Numbered from the stretch's first letter, positions 1 through 10,548 are shown. The stretch: DNA of 50,632 nt from Chlorobiota bacterium (GCA_041595255.1 JBFHKR010000003.1:1-50632), one strand, 5' to 3'. Notes: generated from the sequence alone by a model not told the origin. Numbers and translations are program-made.

Positions 1-30
1 AATCCGTGATTCAGAAAAAGTGCTAAACTT

Positions 31-63
31 AAAAAAAAAGACACATACCGGGGTATGTGTCTT
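31..63 (-). terminator. Intrinsic terminator downstream of metK
   Basis: Perfect 26-bp palindrome AAGACACATACCCGGGTATGTGTCTT (38-63), preceded on + by an A-run (a U-tract on -), 26 nt past the metK stop. Confidence 0.8.
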
Positions 64-89
64 CATTTATTTATCTACTTTTTCTCTTA

Positions 90-1232
90 TTAAGCTAATT
101 CACGCTTAATTTGTTCGACCAAATCTAAACTTTCCCAAGGGAATATATCTCTTCCAAAATGCCCATAACTAGCAGTTTGTTGGAATATTGGTCTAGTCAA
201 ACCAAACTTTTGAATTATACCTTTTGGGGTCAAATCTACATTTCTCTTTATCCATTCTGAGATTTCGAATCGATTTAATTTGGATGTACCATGAGTATCA
301 ACAAAAATAGATAAAGGTCTATCTACTCCAATAGCATAAGCTAGTTGTATAGTACACTCATTAGCAACACCCGCAGCAACTATGTTCTTTGCCACATAAC
401 GTGCCGCGTAAGCCGCTGATCTATCTACTTTAGTGGAATCTTTACCAGAGAATGCACCGCCACCGTGAGGGGCTTTACCGCCGTAAGTATCTACTATTAT
501 CTTTCTACCTGTTAGACCTGTATCACCGTGAGGACCGCCTATTATAAATTGTCCAGTTGGGTTTACATGGTATTCTGTATCTTGTAACCATTCTTTTGGA
601 ATAATCTCATTGACAACATTATTGATCACATCTTCCTTAATTTGACTACTAGTTATACCAGGATCATGTTGAGTAGATAATACTATATTGTGAGCTCTGA
701 TGATCTTATTATCTTCGCCATATTCTAGTGTTATTTGTGCTTTAGAATCGGGGCGAAGGTAAGTCATCTTTTGTTTTGATTTTCTGATTTCAGCTAATTT
801 TAATAGCAATTTGTGAGAGTACATTAGTGCCGCTGGCATTAATTCTTCAGTCTCACGGGTAGCATATCCGAACATGATGCCTTGGTCACCAGCTCCGCCT
901 GTGTCCACTCCCATTGCTATATCTTCTGATTGTTTATTGAGTACATTGATTACACTACATGATTCTGCATCGAACCTATACTCACCTTTGGTATAACCAA
1001 TATCTCTGATTACTTGACGTGCGACTTCTGTGATATCTATGTAAGAGTTAGTGGTTACCTCTCCACCTACAACCAACATACCCGTAGCAGCAAAACACTC
1101 GCATGCTACTCTAGCATTTGGGTCTTCTGTTAATACTGCGTCTAATACTGCGTCACTTACTTGATCACAAACTTTATCGGGATGTCCTTCTGAAACTGAT
1201 TCGGAGGTAAAATGATAAACATTTTTACTCAT
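90..1232 (-). CDS. metK: S-adenosylmethionine synthetase
   Basis: Signature motifs [33 protein letters not shown] and GGGAFSGKD; 380 aa. Confidence 0.98.
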   Translation of the reverse strand: MSKNVYHFTSESVSEGHPDKVCDQVSDAVLDAVLTEDPNARVACECFAATGMLVVGGEVTTNSYIDITEVARQVIRDIGYTKGEYRFDAESCSVINVLNKQSEDIAMGVDTGGAGDQGIMFGYATRETEELMPAALMYSHKLLLKLAEIRKSKQKMTYLRPDSKAQITLEYGEDNKIIRAHNIVLSTQHDPGITSSQIKEDVINNVVNEIIPKEWLQDTEYHVNPTGQFIIGGPHGDTGLTGRKIIVDTYGGKAPHGGGAFSGKDSTKVDRSAAYAARYVAKNIVAAGVANECTIQLAYAIGVDRPLSIFVDTHGTSKLNRFEISEWIKRNVDLTPKGIIQKFGLTRPIFQQTASYGHFGRDIFPWESLDLVEQIKRELA

Positions 1233-1267
1233 TAATATTCCTTATTCTTTTTATACCGCTATTATTA

Positions 1268-3571
1268 TTATTGAATTCTTACCTTTTGACCAACACGGAT
1301 TTTATTTGGGTTCAAACGGCTGTTTAATTTTACTATATTTTGTATTGAAACACCAAATTTATTTGCTATCGCAGCTAGTGTTTCACCTTTTCTTACTTTA
1401 TAATATTTAGGTGCATTCTTTACTGATTTAGGTGTAGATGAAGAACTACCTTTTCCAAATGACTCGTTCGTTACTTTAAGAGTAGATCCAGCGAAAACTG
1501 TATTTCCTCTTATTTTACTTTCGTTGATAGATTTCAACTCTCTTTCAGTCATACCATATCTAGCAGCTATAGTACTAACAGTTTCGCCTCTGCGAACTTT
1601 GTGGTATTTAGTTTCTTCTTTTACTGTTTTTACTTCATCTCTTTTAGCAATAGCTGTATTATTATAAGTTCTAACTTTTAATATTTGACCAGGATAGATA
1701 TTAGTTCCATCTAGTCTATTTAGTTCTTGCAAATCAGCAATAGATGTAGCATAATCACCAGCTATACGACCTAATGATTCACCTTTCTGTACATTATGTC
1801 TTACAATTATTGTTTGTGAAGCTTCTTGTGATTTATTTTCAGCTAGGTTCTCTACAGTTTTGTGAGCTACTATTAATTGTTGACCAACATTTAGGTTGTC
1901 ATCATGTCTTGAGATTCCGTTAAGTTCTTTTAGATAGCTCAAAGAGATTCCATATCTTCTTGCTATACTATATAAAGATTCACCCTTTCTTACTTCGTGG
2001 GTTATATCTTTAGTACCATCCATAGGATAATACGTACCAGTCTTTTCAGAAGATGAGTTAATCTCTGCGTATCTATCAGCAGAAATAGGAATTTTCAAAT
2101 TACTACCAGTACTAAGCTTTGATTTAGAACTACCCAAGTTGTTTAGCTGGACTAAATCTTCAGTTGTAACACCATATTTTACTGAAATTTTCGATAAAGT
2201 TTCGTATCTATCAACAGTATGAGTAACCCATGGCTGTTTTTCCGAATCTTTCAAATTAGCAAAATTCTTTGCAAACATTTCTGCCGATCCTTTAGGAATC
2301 TTCAGCTCGTATGAAGTTACATCGGGAGGTGTACATCCTTTTATTAGTTCTGGATTTAATGCCTGTAACTCTTCTTCCGTTATATTTGCACATTTTGCTA
2401 ATACGTCTAAGTTGACTGGTTCAAAAGTCGTATAAGTATCATATACAAATTCATCTTCCAATTCTAATTCATCAATATTATATCCGTATTGTTCCGGATT
2501 CATTGCTATAACAGCAGTAGCTATGTACAATGGGACATAATATCTAGTTTCTTTTGGTAATCTTTCTCTTAACTCCCAATAATTCGGATTTGATTTCCCA
2601 GTTCTTCTTATTGCTCTTCTGACACGACCTTGTCCACAGTTATATGAAGCAAGTGCCAAATGCCAATCACCAAATTCAGCATATAGTTCTTTTAGATAAC
2701 GCATAGCAGCGCGCGTAGATTTTTCAGGGTCTCTACGTTCATCAACCCAATACGAATCATTGTCATTTAGGCCAAAGTCACGACCTGTAGCTCTCATAAA
2801 TTGCCACAATCCAACAGCTTTAGCTTTCGAAAGCGCATTCGGATTCAAAGCACTTTCTATCATAGATAGATATACAATTTCTTCTGGCATATTTTCTTCT
2901 GCGGCGATTCTTTTCATCATCTTGAACCATTTGCCAGAACGTTCTAACCACTTACTGAAGAATTTCTTTGCTTTAGTTTGAGTCAGCCACTGTATGTTTT
3001 TCTCAACATATTCATTCATATCCATTGGTATCAGCAATGAATCAGGACCAACAAAAGGTAGAGTACTTTCATTTACAGAAACAAAATCTACTACTGGCAA
3101 GTCTAATAATTCAACACCTGTCATAGTCTGATCGTTTTCTAAATCACTAATCATTCTATCACGGACGATAAATAAAGGAGCATCTGCCTCTAATTTTGCA
3201 AAATCAGTAATATAGTACTCAAAATCTTCGATAATTGCATTAGATAACTCAATGAAATCATCGTTATATTCTATACCAGGATAACTAGCAATTTTATTCA
3301 ACTCATCTAAAGATTGAGAGAAAAATTCTGCTGATTTGGTTGAGTCTTTTCTTTGGATATAAATAAGGGCTGTAAGATATTTTCTTCTAGAACTTTCTAG
3401 AGAATTTTTTATACCTTTTTCATAATTTTCTTGTATTATGGGATATTTGTCAAGTACTGAGTACTCATCGGGGAACAAATAAATTTTGTTCGCATTGGGG
3501 ACAGCGGCAGTTGCCGTGACCGTAAGCCCTGCTATCAGGGCAGCTGTAAATAAACTGCAGATTAATCTCAT
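1268..3571 (-). CDS. mltD: Lytic murein transglycosylase D-like protein (SLT domain plus 5 clear LysM repeats)
   Basis: Signal peptide; SLT motifs IESALNPNALSKAKAVGLWQFM and ALASYNCG; five HxVxxGETLxxIAxxYG-type LysM repeats. Confidence 0.9.
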   Translation of the reverse strand: MRLICSLFTAALIAGLTVTATAAVPNANKIYLFPDEYSVLDKYPIIQENYEKGIKNSLESSRRKYLTALIYIQRKDSTKSAEFFSQSLDELNKIASYPGIEYNDDFIELSNAIIEDFEYYITDFAKLEADAPLFIVRDRMISDLENDQTMTGVELLDLPVVDFVSVNESTLPFVGPDSLLIPMDMNEYVEKNIQWLTQTKAKKFFSKWLERSGKWFKMMKRIAAEENMPEEIVYLSMIESALNPNALSKAKAVGLWQFMRATGRDFGLNDNDSYWVDERRDPEKSTRAAMRYLKELYAEFGDWHLALASYNCGQGRVRRAIRRTGKSNPNYWELRERLPKETRYYVPLYIATAVIAMNPEQYGYNIDELELEDEFVYDTYTTFEPVNLDVLAKCANITEEELQALNPELIKGCTPPDVTSYELKIPKGSAEMFAKNFANLKDSEKQPWVTHTVDRYETLSKISVKYGVTTEDLVQLNNLGSSKSKLSTGSNLKIPISADRYAEINSSSEKTGTYYPMDGTKDITHEVRKGESLYSIARRYGISLSYLKELNGISRHDDNLNVGQQLIVAHKTVENLAENKSQEASQTIIVRHNVQKGESLGRIAGDYATSIADLQELNRLDGTNIYPGQILKVRTYNNTAIAKRDEVKTVKEETKYHKVRRGETVSTIAARYGMTERELKSINESKIRGNTVFAGSTLKVTNESFGKGSSSSTPKSVKNAPKYYKVRKGETLAAIANKFGVSIQNIVKLNSRLNPNKIRVGQKVRIQ

Positions 3572-3767
3572 ATATAGATTCCGCTTTGTTAAGTAAATTC
3601 TTTCTATGCACTATACTTCGAGATTTAATTTAATACAAAAGTTTCTAAATACCAACTTCATTTTTTTATAAGTATAGCATTTTATGTACGAATTTGGATT
3701 AAAAAAGTTTTAATAATCTTTGGTATAATTAATGCTGTGAATTTTAATTCATAAATAGTATTAATTA

Positions 3768-3800
3768 TTTGTGTTTTTAATTTTAAATTTACTAAGTTTG
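3768..3800 (+). promoter_or_regulatory. Bacteroidota-type primary sigma promoter (TTTG-N21-TAAGTTTG)
   Basis: Matches the -33 TTTG / -7 TAnnTTTG consensus and ends 8 nt before the ATG at 3809. Confidence 0.5.
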
Positions 3801-3808
3801 AGTACTTT

Positions 3809-6724
3809 ATGATTAGATTTTCATTTTACATATCAATATTGTTAATATTCTTGTTGGAATCCACTTCTAATAGTGCATTTGGGCAATCGGCAGCTAGTCC
3901 ATCTAACTGGCTTTTTCCCAATGGGAACTATGCTGCTACTAAGAATAATCACAGGAAATCCTTTGATCAGTCTATTAGTAACTTCAAAATTAAGATAATC
4001 AATAATAGAATATCAGGCGATTTACAGCCATTGATTGGCAATTTGGTTGATAATGATAAAATTTCATCTGCTTTTCCTTATGCTCCTAACGAAATAGTAG
4101 TTGTATCAGGAAGAGAAATAATTATTCTAGATGGCGCAGGTCGTGTTTATACTAAAACTCTCGACAATAGCATATTGCCTATAAAAGGTGTGTCAATTCT
4201 CTTTGACTCACTTGCTACTGGTTACAAGCAAGATGTAAGTTCTCATGTTATTATGGCTTTAGAAACAATTGAAAGTGTAAGTGATGATTCGCTTGCTCAT
4301 AGTTATCTTGCTGGTTATGACAATAAAATTAGCCAGCTGGTACTTCATAAAAGATTGGCTATAGATATGAGGGATTACCCAGAGAATATCTACAATTCAA
4401 TTAGACCATTTTTCGGTAAATTAAGAAATAATAATATTCAAGTATTCTCAACTTTAGATATTTTTAATCCAAACGTAATTGATACTCTTGCAATAGAAGC
4501 ACCGTATCTGAGAGGATTGACTCATTTCAATTCTGCAATTGAGTTCCCGAACTTTCCATTGCCAGATATAGGGGATGATACTACTAATAGGGTAGAGCTT
4601 GCTAATAGGATTGGTATTGACCAACCATCTATTACACAATTAGCCAATGGTACCACTTTAGCATTTATGCCTACTGTTCCCGATACCTCTTTGAATTTGA
4701 ACATAATCAATAAACTTGGTGGTACGACTAATGCTTCAAATAGCTACTTGTATAGTTTTGATATTACAGGGGCTTCGATTGCTAATAATTTTGCTCCAAT
4801 AAATATCTCTGATAGCTTAAATGGTTCAAAACCTTACACTAGACCTTATGTAGTTGAATTGAATAATGGAAGTTTAACTCCACAGAAATATATATTACAA
4901 ACAGAGCAGTACCAAGGTGACGAAGGTTCCGAAGGAATATCAATGTTGCATCTTCTGGATATGAATGGTAATTTTATTACTACACCAAACGGTGCTATCC
5001 CCTCCTTTGTAGGTGATAGCAATCACTTTTGGTCAATTGCAGTAGGTGATTTAGATGGTATTGGTAATGAGTGGTTACCTTTTTTCCCAAATAATCCTGG
5101 AAAAGAAATAATTGCTACTCAAAGCTCAAGAAATTTTGCTCATGCTAATAGTAGAATATTTATTCTAAAATATGATGATACTAAAGTTATATCAAAGCCA
5201 ACTCCTCCTAATACGCAATTATTCCCTTTTGATACTATTGCAGCAGCTAGGATAAATGGTAGAGTTGTCGCAGTTAATGATATGGATAATGCTCCTGACG
5301 AAAAAGAAGAAATAGTTATAGTTGACGGCTCTAAACTTATGGTGCTCGGACTAAGAGATTATGAAGATCCTATGTATAGAGCTGGTAATCCTATGGACAC
5401 TCTTTATTATAAGGATTTTAACAAAGAAGATATATATGCTGTTGAAATAGCTGATATGGATGGAGATGGGTTAAACGATATAGTAGTGACTACATTCAAA
5501 GCTACTTATATAATAGGAACTCCACTTAGTAATGTATTGACATTACTAGAACCAACAAACCAATTAACACCCCCAAAAGAATATTGTCCAGGTGATAGTA
5601 TAGAGTTAATATGGGAGAATAAAATACTTGGAATTGGTACTATTGATATTGATTTTGTAGATATTACAGATACTTCAGCTATAGATACTATGGTGGTAAA
5701 GACACTCGTAACTAATGACAAAGATACAGTTAATACTAATATTATATTAGATAGTAATTTCATCGGAAAGGTTGGATTCTTTATTATAAAAAGTACAGTA
5801 GAGCCAGAAGAAATCAGAGATTCTTCAGCTACAATTAGAATACTAGATTTTGAATTGACTAACTTTATGATGTCTGATACAGTACTAACAGTAGGGGAGA
5901 CTCTTACTTTTGGTGGTGAGATAAATTGCTTCGATTCTGTTATAGTTGAGACTAGATATTTGGATTCAGCGTGGCAATATTTGACTACTATAGGTACAAC
6001 TAATGCTCCATTGTTTGGTTATATGGATACGATTCCTTGTTTACCTATATTTAGCTGTGATGCCATGGACTTGGATAGTGTGTATAATTATAGAATAACC
6101 GCTTACAAAAGTCTTTACAATAAGTTGTTGACAGAATTTGCATTAAAGGTAAAACCTGCGCCGTTCCCTATTAAAATTGAAATAGAAAATACCGTTGACC
6201 CAACACAGAGATTTAGCTGGGATCCTATGGACTTCCCTTATCCTTGTGATACTATTAGTATTATGAAAAGTTATAACAATGGTATAAGTTTTTCATTAGA
6301 AAGTAAAGTTAGCTTATCGTCTATGAGTTATAGTTGGCAAATACCGCTCGATGCACCCGATGATGTTATCTTTAGGTTTTGTTGCGAGAGTTCGTGTATG
6401 AGAACTGATACTTTACTTTCAGATATAGAGCCGAATTATATAAATGTAGTCGCTCCTAATCCTTTTGATCCAAGTAGTGAAGAAGTAAAATTTGTCTATA
6501 AAGTACCAAAATCAGGTAATATAACAATAAAAATATTAGACGAATCGAATAGAGAAGTAGTAACCATTGCTGATAAGCAATTTAGGGATGAATCATTCGC
6601 ACACGTAGATACGTGGAATGGCAGGATGCCAAGCGGAGACTTTGTTGCAAATGGATTATATTATTTATACATAGAGTTTCCTGATGGGAAACGAGAGTTT
6701 TACCCAATATATGTAAGAAGATAA
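3809..6724 (+). CDS. Secreted FG-GAP/VCBS-repeat protein with FlgD-Ig-like T9SS C-terminal sorting domain
   Basis: Signal peptide; Ca-binding-type repeats VGDLDG, VNDMDN and ADMDGDGLNDIVV; C-terminal PNPF...WNG...NGLYYLYI. Confidence 0.75.
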   Translation: MIRFSFYISILLIFLLESTSNSAFGQSAASPSNWLFPNGNYAATKNNHRKSFDQSISNFKIKIINNRISGDLQPLIGNLVDNDKISSAFPYAPNEIVVVSGREIIILDGAGRVYTKTLDNSILPIKGVSILFDSLATGYKQDVSSHVIMALETIESVSDDSLAHSYLAGYDNKISQLVLHKRLAIDMRDYPENIYNSIRPFFGKLRNNNIQVFSTLDIFNPNVIDTLAIEAPYLRGLTHFNSAIEFPNFPLPDIGDDTTNRVELANRIGIDQPSITQLANGTTLAFMPTVPDTSLNLNIINKLGGTTNASNSYLYSFDITGASIANNFAPINISDSLNGSKPYTRPYVVELNNGSLTPQKYILQTEQYQGDEGSEGISMLHLLDMNGNFITTPNGAIPSFVGDSNHFWSIAVGDLDGIGNEWLPFFPNNPGKEIIATQSSRNFAHANSRIFILKYDDTKVISKPTPPNTQLFPFDTIAAARINGRVVAVNDMDNAPDEKEEIVIVDGSKLMVLGLRDYEDPMYRAGNPMDTLYYKDFNKEDIYAVEIADMDGDGLNDIVVTTFKATYIIGTPLSNVLTLLEPTNQLTPPKEYCPGDSIELIWENKILGIGTIDIDFVDITDTSAIDTMVVKTLVTNDKDTVNTNIILDSNFIGKVGFFIIKSTVEPEEIRDSSATIRILDFELTNFMMSDTVLTVGETLTFGGEINCFDSVIVETRYLDSAWQYLTTIGTTNAPLFGYMDTIPCLPIFSCDAMDLDSVYNYRITAYKSLYNKLLTEFALKVKPAPFPIKIEIENTVDPTQRFSWDPMDFPYPCDTISIMKSYNNGISFSLESKVSLSSMSYSWQIPLDAPDDVIFRFCCESSCMRTDTLLSDIEPNYINVVAPNPFDPSSEEVKFVYKVPKSGNITIKILDESNREVVTIADKQFRDESFAHVDTWNGRMPSGDFVANGLYYLYIEFPDGKREFYPIYVRR

Positions 6725-6746
6725 ATTCAAATTAATAAGGTTTGCA

Positions 6747-7451
6747 ATGAGAGTTTTAATAATCGAAGATGAAATTAAGATAGCAACGTTCATGAAGAAC
6801 GGCTTAAAACAAGAAAGGTATGAGGTAGATCTAGAAACAAATGGTCGTGACGGACTAGAAAATGCTATGAATACCCAATATGACCTAATACTTTTAGATG
6901 TGATGCTACCCGGTATGAATGGGATTGATATACTAAAAGAATTAAGAGCTAATAACTATAATGTTCCAGTTATACTTATTTCTGCTTTAGACTCAACAGA
7001 GGACAGAGTAAACGGACTAGATTTTGGTGCTGACGACTATATTTCTAAGCCGTTCAGCTTCGATGAGTTAGCAGCTAGAATTAGAGCTATTTTACGTAGA
7101 ACTCAGAAACACAAATCTACTAAACTTCATGCCGGTGAAGTAACTTTAGATACTGTTACACACTTAGCTTACAGAGATAATAAAGAGATAGAGCTTACTA
7201 CCAAAGAATATTCGTTGCTGATGTTCCTTATGCTCCATAAGAATAAAGTTTTAACTAGAAACTCCATTACTCAAAACGTTTGGCGGGAAGATATAGATAA
7301 AGATTCGAATGTTATAGATGTTTACATCAAAAAACTAAGAAGTAAAATTGAGAAGAAAGGCACAAGACCAACCATACAGAGCATAAGGTCGGTCGGATAT
7401 CGACTACGTGACGACTCTGCATTGGAAGAGTTCAAAAATAAGGAAAAATAA
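6747..7451 (+). CDS. OmpR/PhoB-family response regulator (CusR-like)
   Basis: Receiver domain (IIEDE, LLDVMLPG, GADDYISKPF) plus winged-helix domain (LTTKEYSLL, NVIDVYIKKLRSKI, RSVGY). Confidence 0.95.
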   Translation: MRVLIIEDEIKIATFMKNGLKQERYEVDLETNGRDGLENAMNTQYDLILLDVMLPGMNGIDILKELRANNYNVPVILISALDSTEDRVNGLDFGADDYISKPFSFDELAARIRAILRRTQKHKSTKLHAGEVTLDTVTHLAYRDNKEIELTTKEYSLLMFLMLHKNKVLTRNSITQNVWREDIDKDSNVIDVYIKKLRSKIEKKGTRPTIQSIRSVGYRLRDDSALEEFKNKEK

Positions 7452-7459
7452 TCACAATA

Positions 7460-7490
7460 GAGCCATCGATAATAATCGGTGGTTTTTTTT
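7460..7490 (+). terminator. Intrinsic terminator after the response regulator
   Basis: GAGCCATCGAT-AATA-ATCGGTGGTTT hairpin with G-U pairs, followed by a T-run. Confidence 0.8.
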
Positions 7491-7753
7491 ATCATTTTAT
7501 TATATGATTAATAAAATTTTAAACTCAATCTTTGAATTAATAATATACTATAATAGCTGGATTCTAATCTTAATATTATTTTAAGTAAAAAAGCCTTTCT
7601 AAATTAAAAAATTGCATTTTACTTCAAATTATCAACAATTAACAAAAAATAATTTATTTAGCTAAAATAGTTCTATGATATTATATATCAGTTACTTATA
7701 TTGTATCTGATATTGTATCACATGTAAAAAAGTAAAAAAAAGTTGCATTTCTT

Positions 7754-7780
7754 TGAGACGTTTTTGCTGTTCATGTGTCT
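7754..7780 (+). promoter_or_regulatory. Putative ECF (autoregulatory) promoter TGAGAC-N16-TGTCT
   Basis: Resembles TGAAAC-N16-CGTCT ECF promoters and lies 21 nt upstream of the ECF sigma ATG, with an AGAGGA SD-like sequence between. Confidence 0.55.
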
Positions 7781-7801
7781 TTATAGTTAGAGGAATTACA
7801 A

Positions 7802-8371
7802 ATGGACAAAAAGTATAGTAAATATTCCGACTTAGAGTTGTTCAACTCACTAAGTGGAAATCAGCCCGAAGCCGAATTGGCTTTCGCGGAGCTATACTCG
7901 CGTTATTCGCAAAAGATATATGCGTATTGTCTAAGAGTAACTGGTAATAAAGAAGATGCTAATGACATCTTCCAAGAGACTTTTTTAAACTTCTTCAATT
8001 CGGCCAAATCAAAACCAACTATAACAAGTGTTTCGGGATTGATGATAACGATTGCTAGAAACTTATGTATAAATCATACAAGAAGTAAAAAAGTACATAT
8101 AGACTTGGAAGAGTACAATTTGCGTACGAATGACACTGGTTATGAGCAAAAAGAATTACTCGATTTGATCTCCAATGCACTAGAATTGTTGGAATTCGAA
8201 TACAAAGATGCATTTATATTGCGACAATATCACGGTTTTTCGTACAAAGAGATTGCCGAGATAACAAATGCACCAGAATCTACTATTAGAAATAGATTTT
8301 GGCGCGCTAAAGAAAAGATTAAGGAGATACTTGCTCCTTATTTACATGAGATATCAAATAATAATAATTGA
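7802..8371 (+). CDS. ECF-family RNA polymerase sigma-70 factor
   Basis: Region 2 (DANDIFQETFL, IARNLCINHTR) and region 4 (GFSYKEIAEIT...STIRNRFWRAK); 189 aa. Confidence 0.95.
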   Translation: MDKKYSKYSDLELFNSLSGNQPEAELAFAELYSRYSQKIYAYCLRVTGNKEDANDIFQETFLNFFNSAKSKPTITSVSGLMITIARNLCINHTRSKKVHIDLEEYNLRTNDTGYEQKELLDLISNALELLEFEYKDAFILRQYHGFSYKEIAEITNAPESTIRNRFWRAKEKIKEILAPYLHEISNNNN

Positions 8372-9621
8372 GTTTTAAAATGTCATATAACCAAATGATA
8401 CACGAATACTTGGACACAGGACTAAAGCAGCCACAAGAGGATGCACTGTTCCAAGCTTTAGCTGCTGATCAGACCTTACGAGGAGATTTTCACCAACAGC
8501 TAAGTATAATGAAAATAGCTGCAAATGATATGAATAGTATATCACCACCTATAGAGGCAACTAACGCGGTATTTAGTAGCTTGGGTTTTTCTGTCCCTTC
8601 TGGGGGAGCTCCAACTACGGTCGTAAGCGAATCTAGAAGAAAGCCTGGCGCTGCAATTTTTGCTTCTGCATCTGGGGTTGGTATTCTTAATATATTCAAA
8701 GACAACATGACCACTTTAGGATCAATCGCTGTTGCTGCTATGATATCTACTTTCTTGTTTATGACTTTTGATAGAGGAATACAAACAACTGACACAGAAA
8801 ATGTAGGTGTTACTTTAGCTCAGAATTACTATGATGATGCTTCTCATTCCAATTTACCTATTGTTAGTTCAGTTGATAATACTAAAGAAAATACTAGTAA
8901 CTACTCAAGAAATAATTCAAATTATCAATCTACTAAATCATCGTCTATACCACTAACTGCTTATAATAATACAACAGAAGAAGTTGCTTCTGAAAATTAT
9001 TTGGCTAATGAAGATATGGCGACTAATATAGAGCAAAAACCAAGTAAAGATATATTAAAGATAAATGATAATGGATATGCAATTGTAAAAGTCAACAGAC
9101 TTAGTACAAGCAATGCATCTGATTTGGGATTCCAAATGCCGAATTTTGTTTATGAAGAGAAAAGCGGTTTCGCATTAGAGTTACGTGGGGCAAATAACCC
9201 TAACGAAACTGCTTTACTCAATGATATGATGATAGGTGTAAACTTTGAGTTTATAGATGATTTTCATGCCGTAGGGCTTATCGGTAATGAACGCTATGTA
9301 GTGAGAGTGGCTAATCCACTCTCAGCTGGCGAAAAGGTTCAGTATTCTAATGAATCTGTGATCTCATTCATGGTTGGATTACGTTATGCACCAGATGAGC
9401 TAATACTCAATGGGCTTTTGGTGCCTTATGTTCAAGCAAGTGGCGGTGGTATTTCCAACGGGTTTGCAGGTGGATTCGAATCTGGACTAATACTAAATCT
9501 GAATAGTAATTACTCATTCTTAGTTGGTTACGGAAAGCAATTTGCAAAATATAACTTCGAAGGTAATCTATACAATACTAACAAAGATGGCATCAACTTA
9601 GGTTTGAGGTATTCTTTTTAA
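8368..9621 (+). CDS. Putative anti-sigma factor fused to a C-terminal outer-membrane beta-barrel (start may be ATG 8380)
   Basis: Directly follows the ECF gene. N-terminal helical MIHEYLD...LFQALAAD segment, single TM (LGSIAVAAMISTFLFMTF), S/N/T-rich linker, and amphipathic strands ending GINLGLRYSF (terminal Phe). Confidence 0.7.
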   Translation: MSFKMSYNQMIHEYLDTGLKQPQEDALFQALAADQTLRGDFHQQLSIMKIAANDMNSISPPIEATNAVFSSLGFSVPSGGAPTTVVSESRRKPGAAIFASASGVGILNIFKDNMTTLGSIAVAAMISTFLFMTFDRGIQTTDTENVGVTLAQNYYDDASHSNLPIVSSVDNTKENTSNYSRNNSNYQSTKSSSIPLTAYNNTTEEVASENYLANEDMATNIEQKPSKDILKINDNGYAIVKVNRLSTSNASDLGFQMPNFVYEEKSGFALELRGANNPNETALLNDMMIGVNFEFIDDFHAVGLIGNERYVVRVANPLSAGEKVQYSNESVISFMVGLRYAPDELILNGLLVPYVQASGGGISNGFAGGFESGLILNLNSNYSFLVGYGKQFAKYNFEGNLYNTNKDGINLGLRYSF

Positions 9622-9645
9622 AGTGCTAAGATTTAAATTATAAAT

Positions 9646-9676
9646 AAAAGGGAAAGTAAATAAAACTTTCCCTTTT
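9646..9676. terminator. Bidirectional terminator between convergent genes
   Basis: Perfect inverted repeat AAAAGGGAAAGT-N7-ACTTTCCCTTTT. Confidence 0.75.
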
Positions 9677-9702
9677 AAAATATTAATTATGAGCGTAATT
9701 TT

Positions 9703-10548
9703 TTAATCAATTAGCTTGAATGAAACTTTATGTGTAGTTTCACCAATTATTAATATCTGCTTACCGTTACTTAATTCTATATAATGCGGTTCAAACAGAG
9801 TTACTGTTAAATCATAAGTACCAGGAAAAGTAATATTATGAATAAAAGGAGTTAAATCAACACTTCCAGTATTATTTTGATACCAAGAAGTACCACTAAT
9901 AACTGTATCTGAAAGCAATCTATCTTGAAAACTATCCGTAGGTGAAATACTAATATAAGCTTTCGTTGCACTTGTGCTACCAGACCAACTTAAAATATAT
10001 CCTGATGATTTAGAAATAGTATCACCTCTAGTAAAATTATTAATTTGAACAGCCTGACCTAAAGATATACTATCAAGTATTTGGTCAAATTTATTACTAC
10101 CGTCTATTCTAATTAAATTTACTCCAGAACCGAATTTTAAGTCTGTTTCTACCAATTTTTTAGTTGGTTCATATTTCCCTTCTATTGATCCACTCAGCTG
10201 TATCTCATTTATGTAAAAATTTTGTGTGTCAAAAGGTTTGAAATTTGAATCGAATAGTCCGGCATTCAATGAGAGCGATGTAAATTCTTTATCAGTTGAA
10301 TCAGTAACACCATTTATTGTGTGGATAGAATAAACTTTTTCATACTCTTTTGTTAAAAAAACAATACCATTTAATGAGCCAATATCCCAATTATCAACGA
10401 CATCATCCAGGTGGTGATAACCAGTATTATCGAATAGTTTCGTAATATCCCTACTGTCTGGACTCGTTGAACTATCATCACTACAACTTACTATTGTTAA
10501 TGTAGTACCTAATATTATTAGCGCCACTATTAAAGATTTATTTTTCAA
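9703..10548 (-). CDS. Hypothetical lipoprotein
   Basis: Lipobox IVSC followed by acidic SDDSS; TTG start with upstream AGGTGG; 281 aa. Confidence 0.75.
   Translation of the reverse strand: MKNKSLIVALIILGTTLTIVSCSDDSSTSPDSRDITKLFDNTGYHHLDDVVDNWDIGSLNGIVFLTKEYEKVYSIHTINGVTDSTDKEFTSLSLNAGLFDSNFKPFDTQNFYINEIQLSGSIEGKYEPTKKLVETDLKFGSGVNLIRIDGSNKFDQILDSISLGQAVQINNFTRGDTISKSSGYILSWSGSTSATKAYISISPTDSFQDRLLSDTVISGTSWYQNNTGSVDLTPFIHNITFPGTYDLTVTLFEPHYIELSNGKQILIIGETTHKVSFKLID

Noticed and set aside
38-63. Loopless 26-bp perfect palindrome as a recombination or operator site
   Set aside because: Its position and flanking A-run are sufficiently explained by a metK terminator.
1233-1267. SAM riboswitch upstream of metK
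   Set aside because: Only 35 nt separate mltD and metK, leaving no room, and no motif is present.
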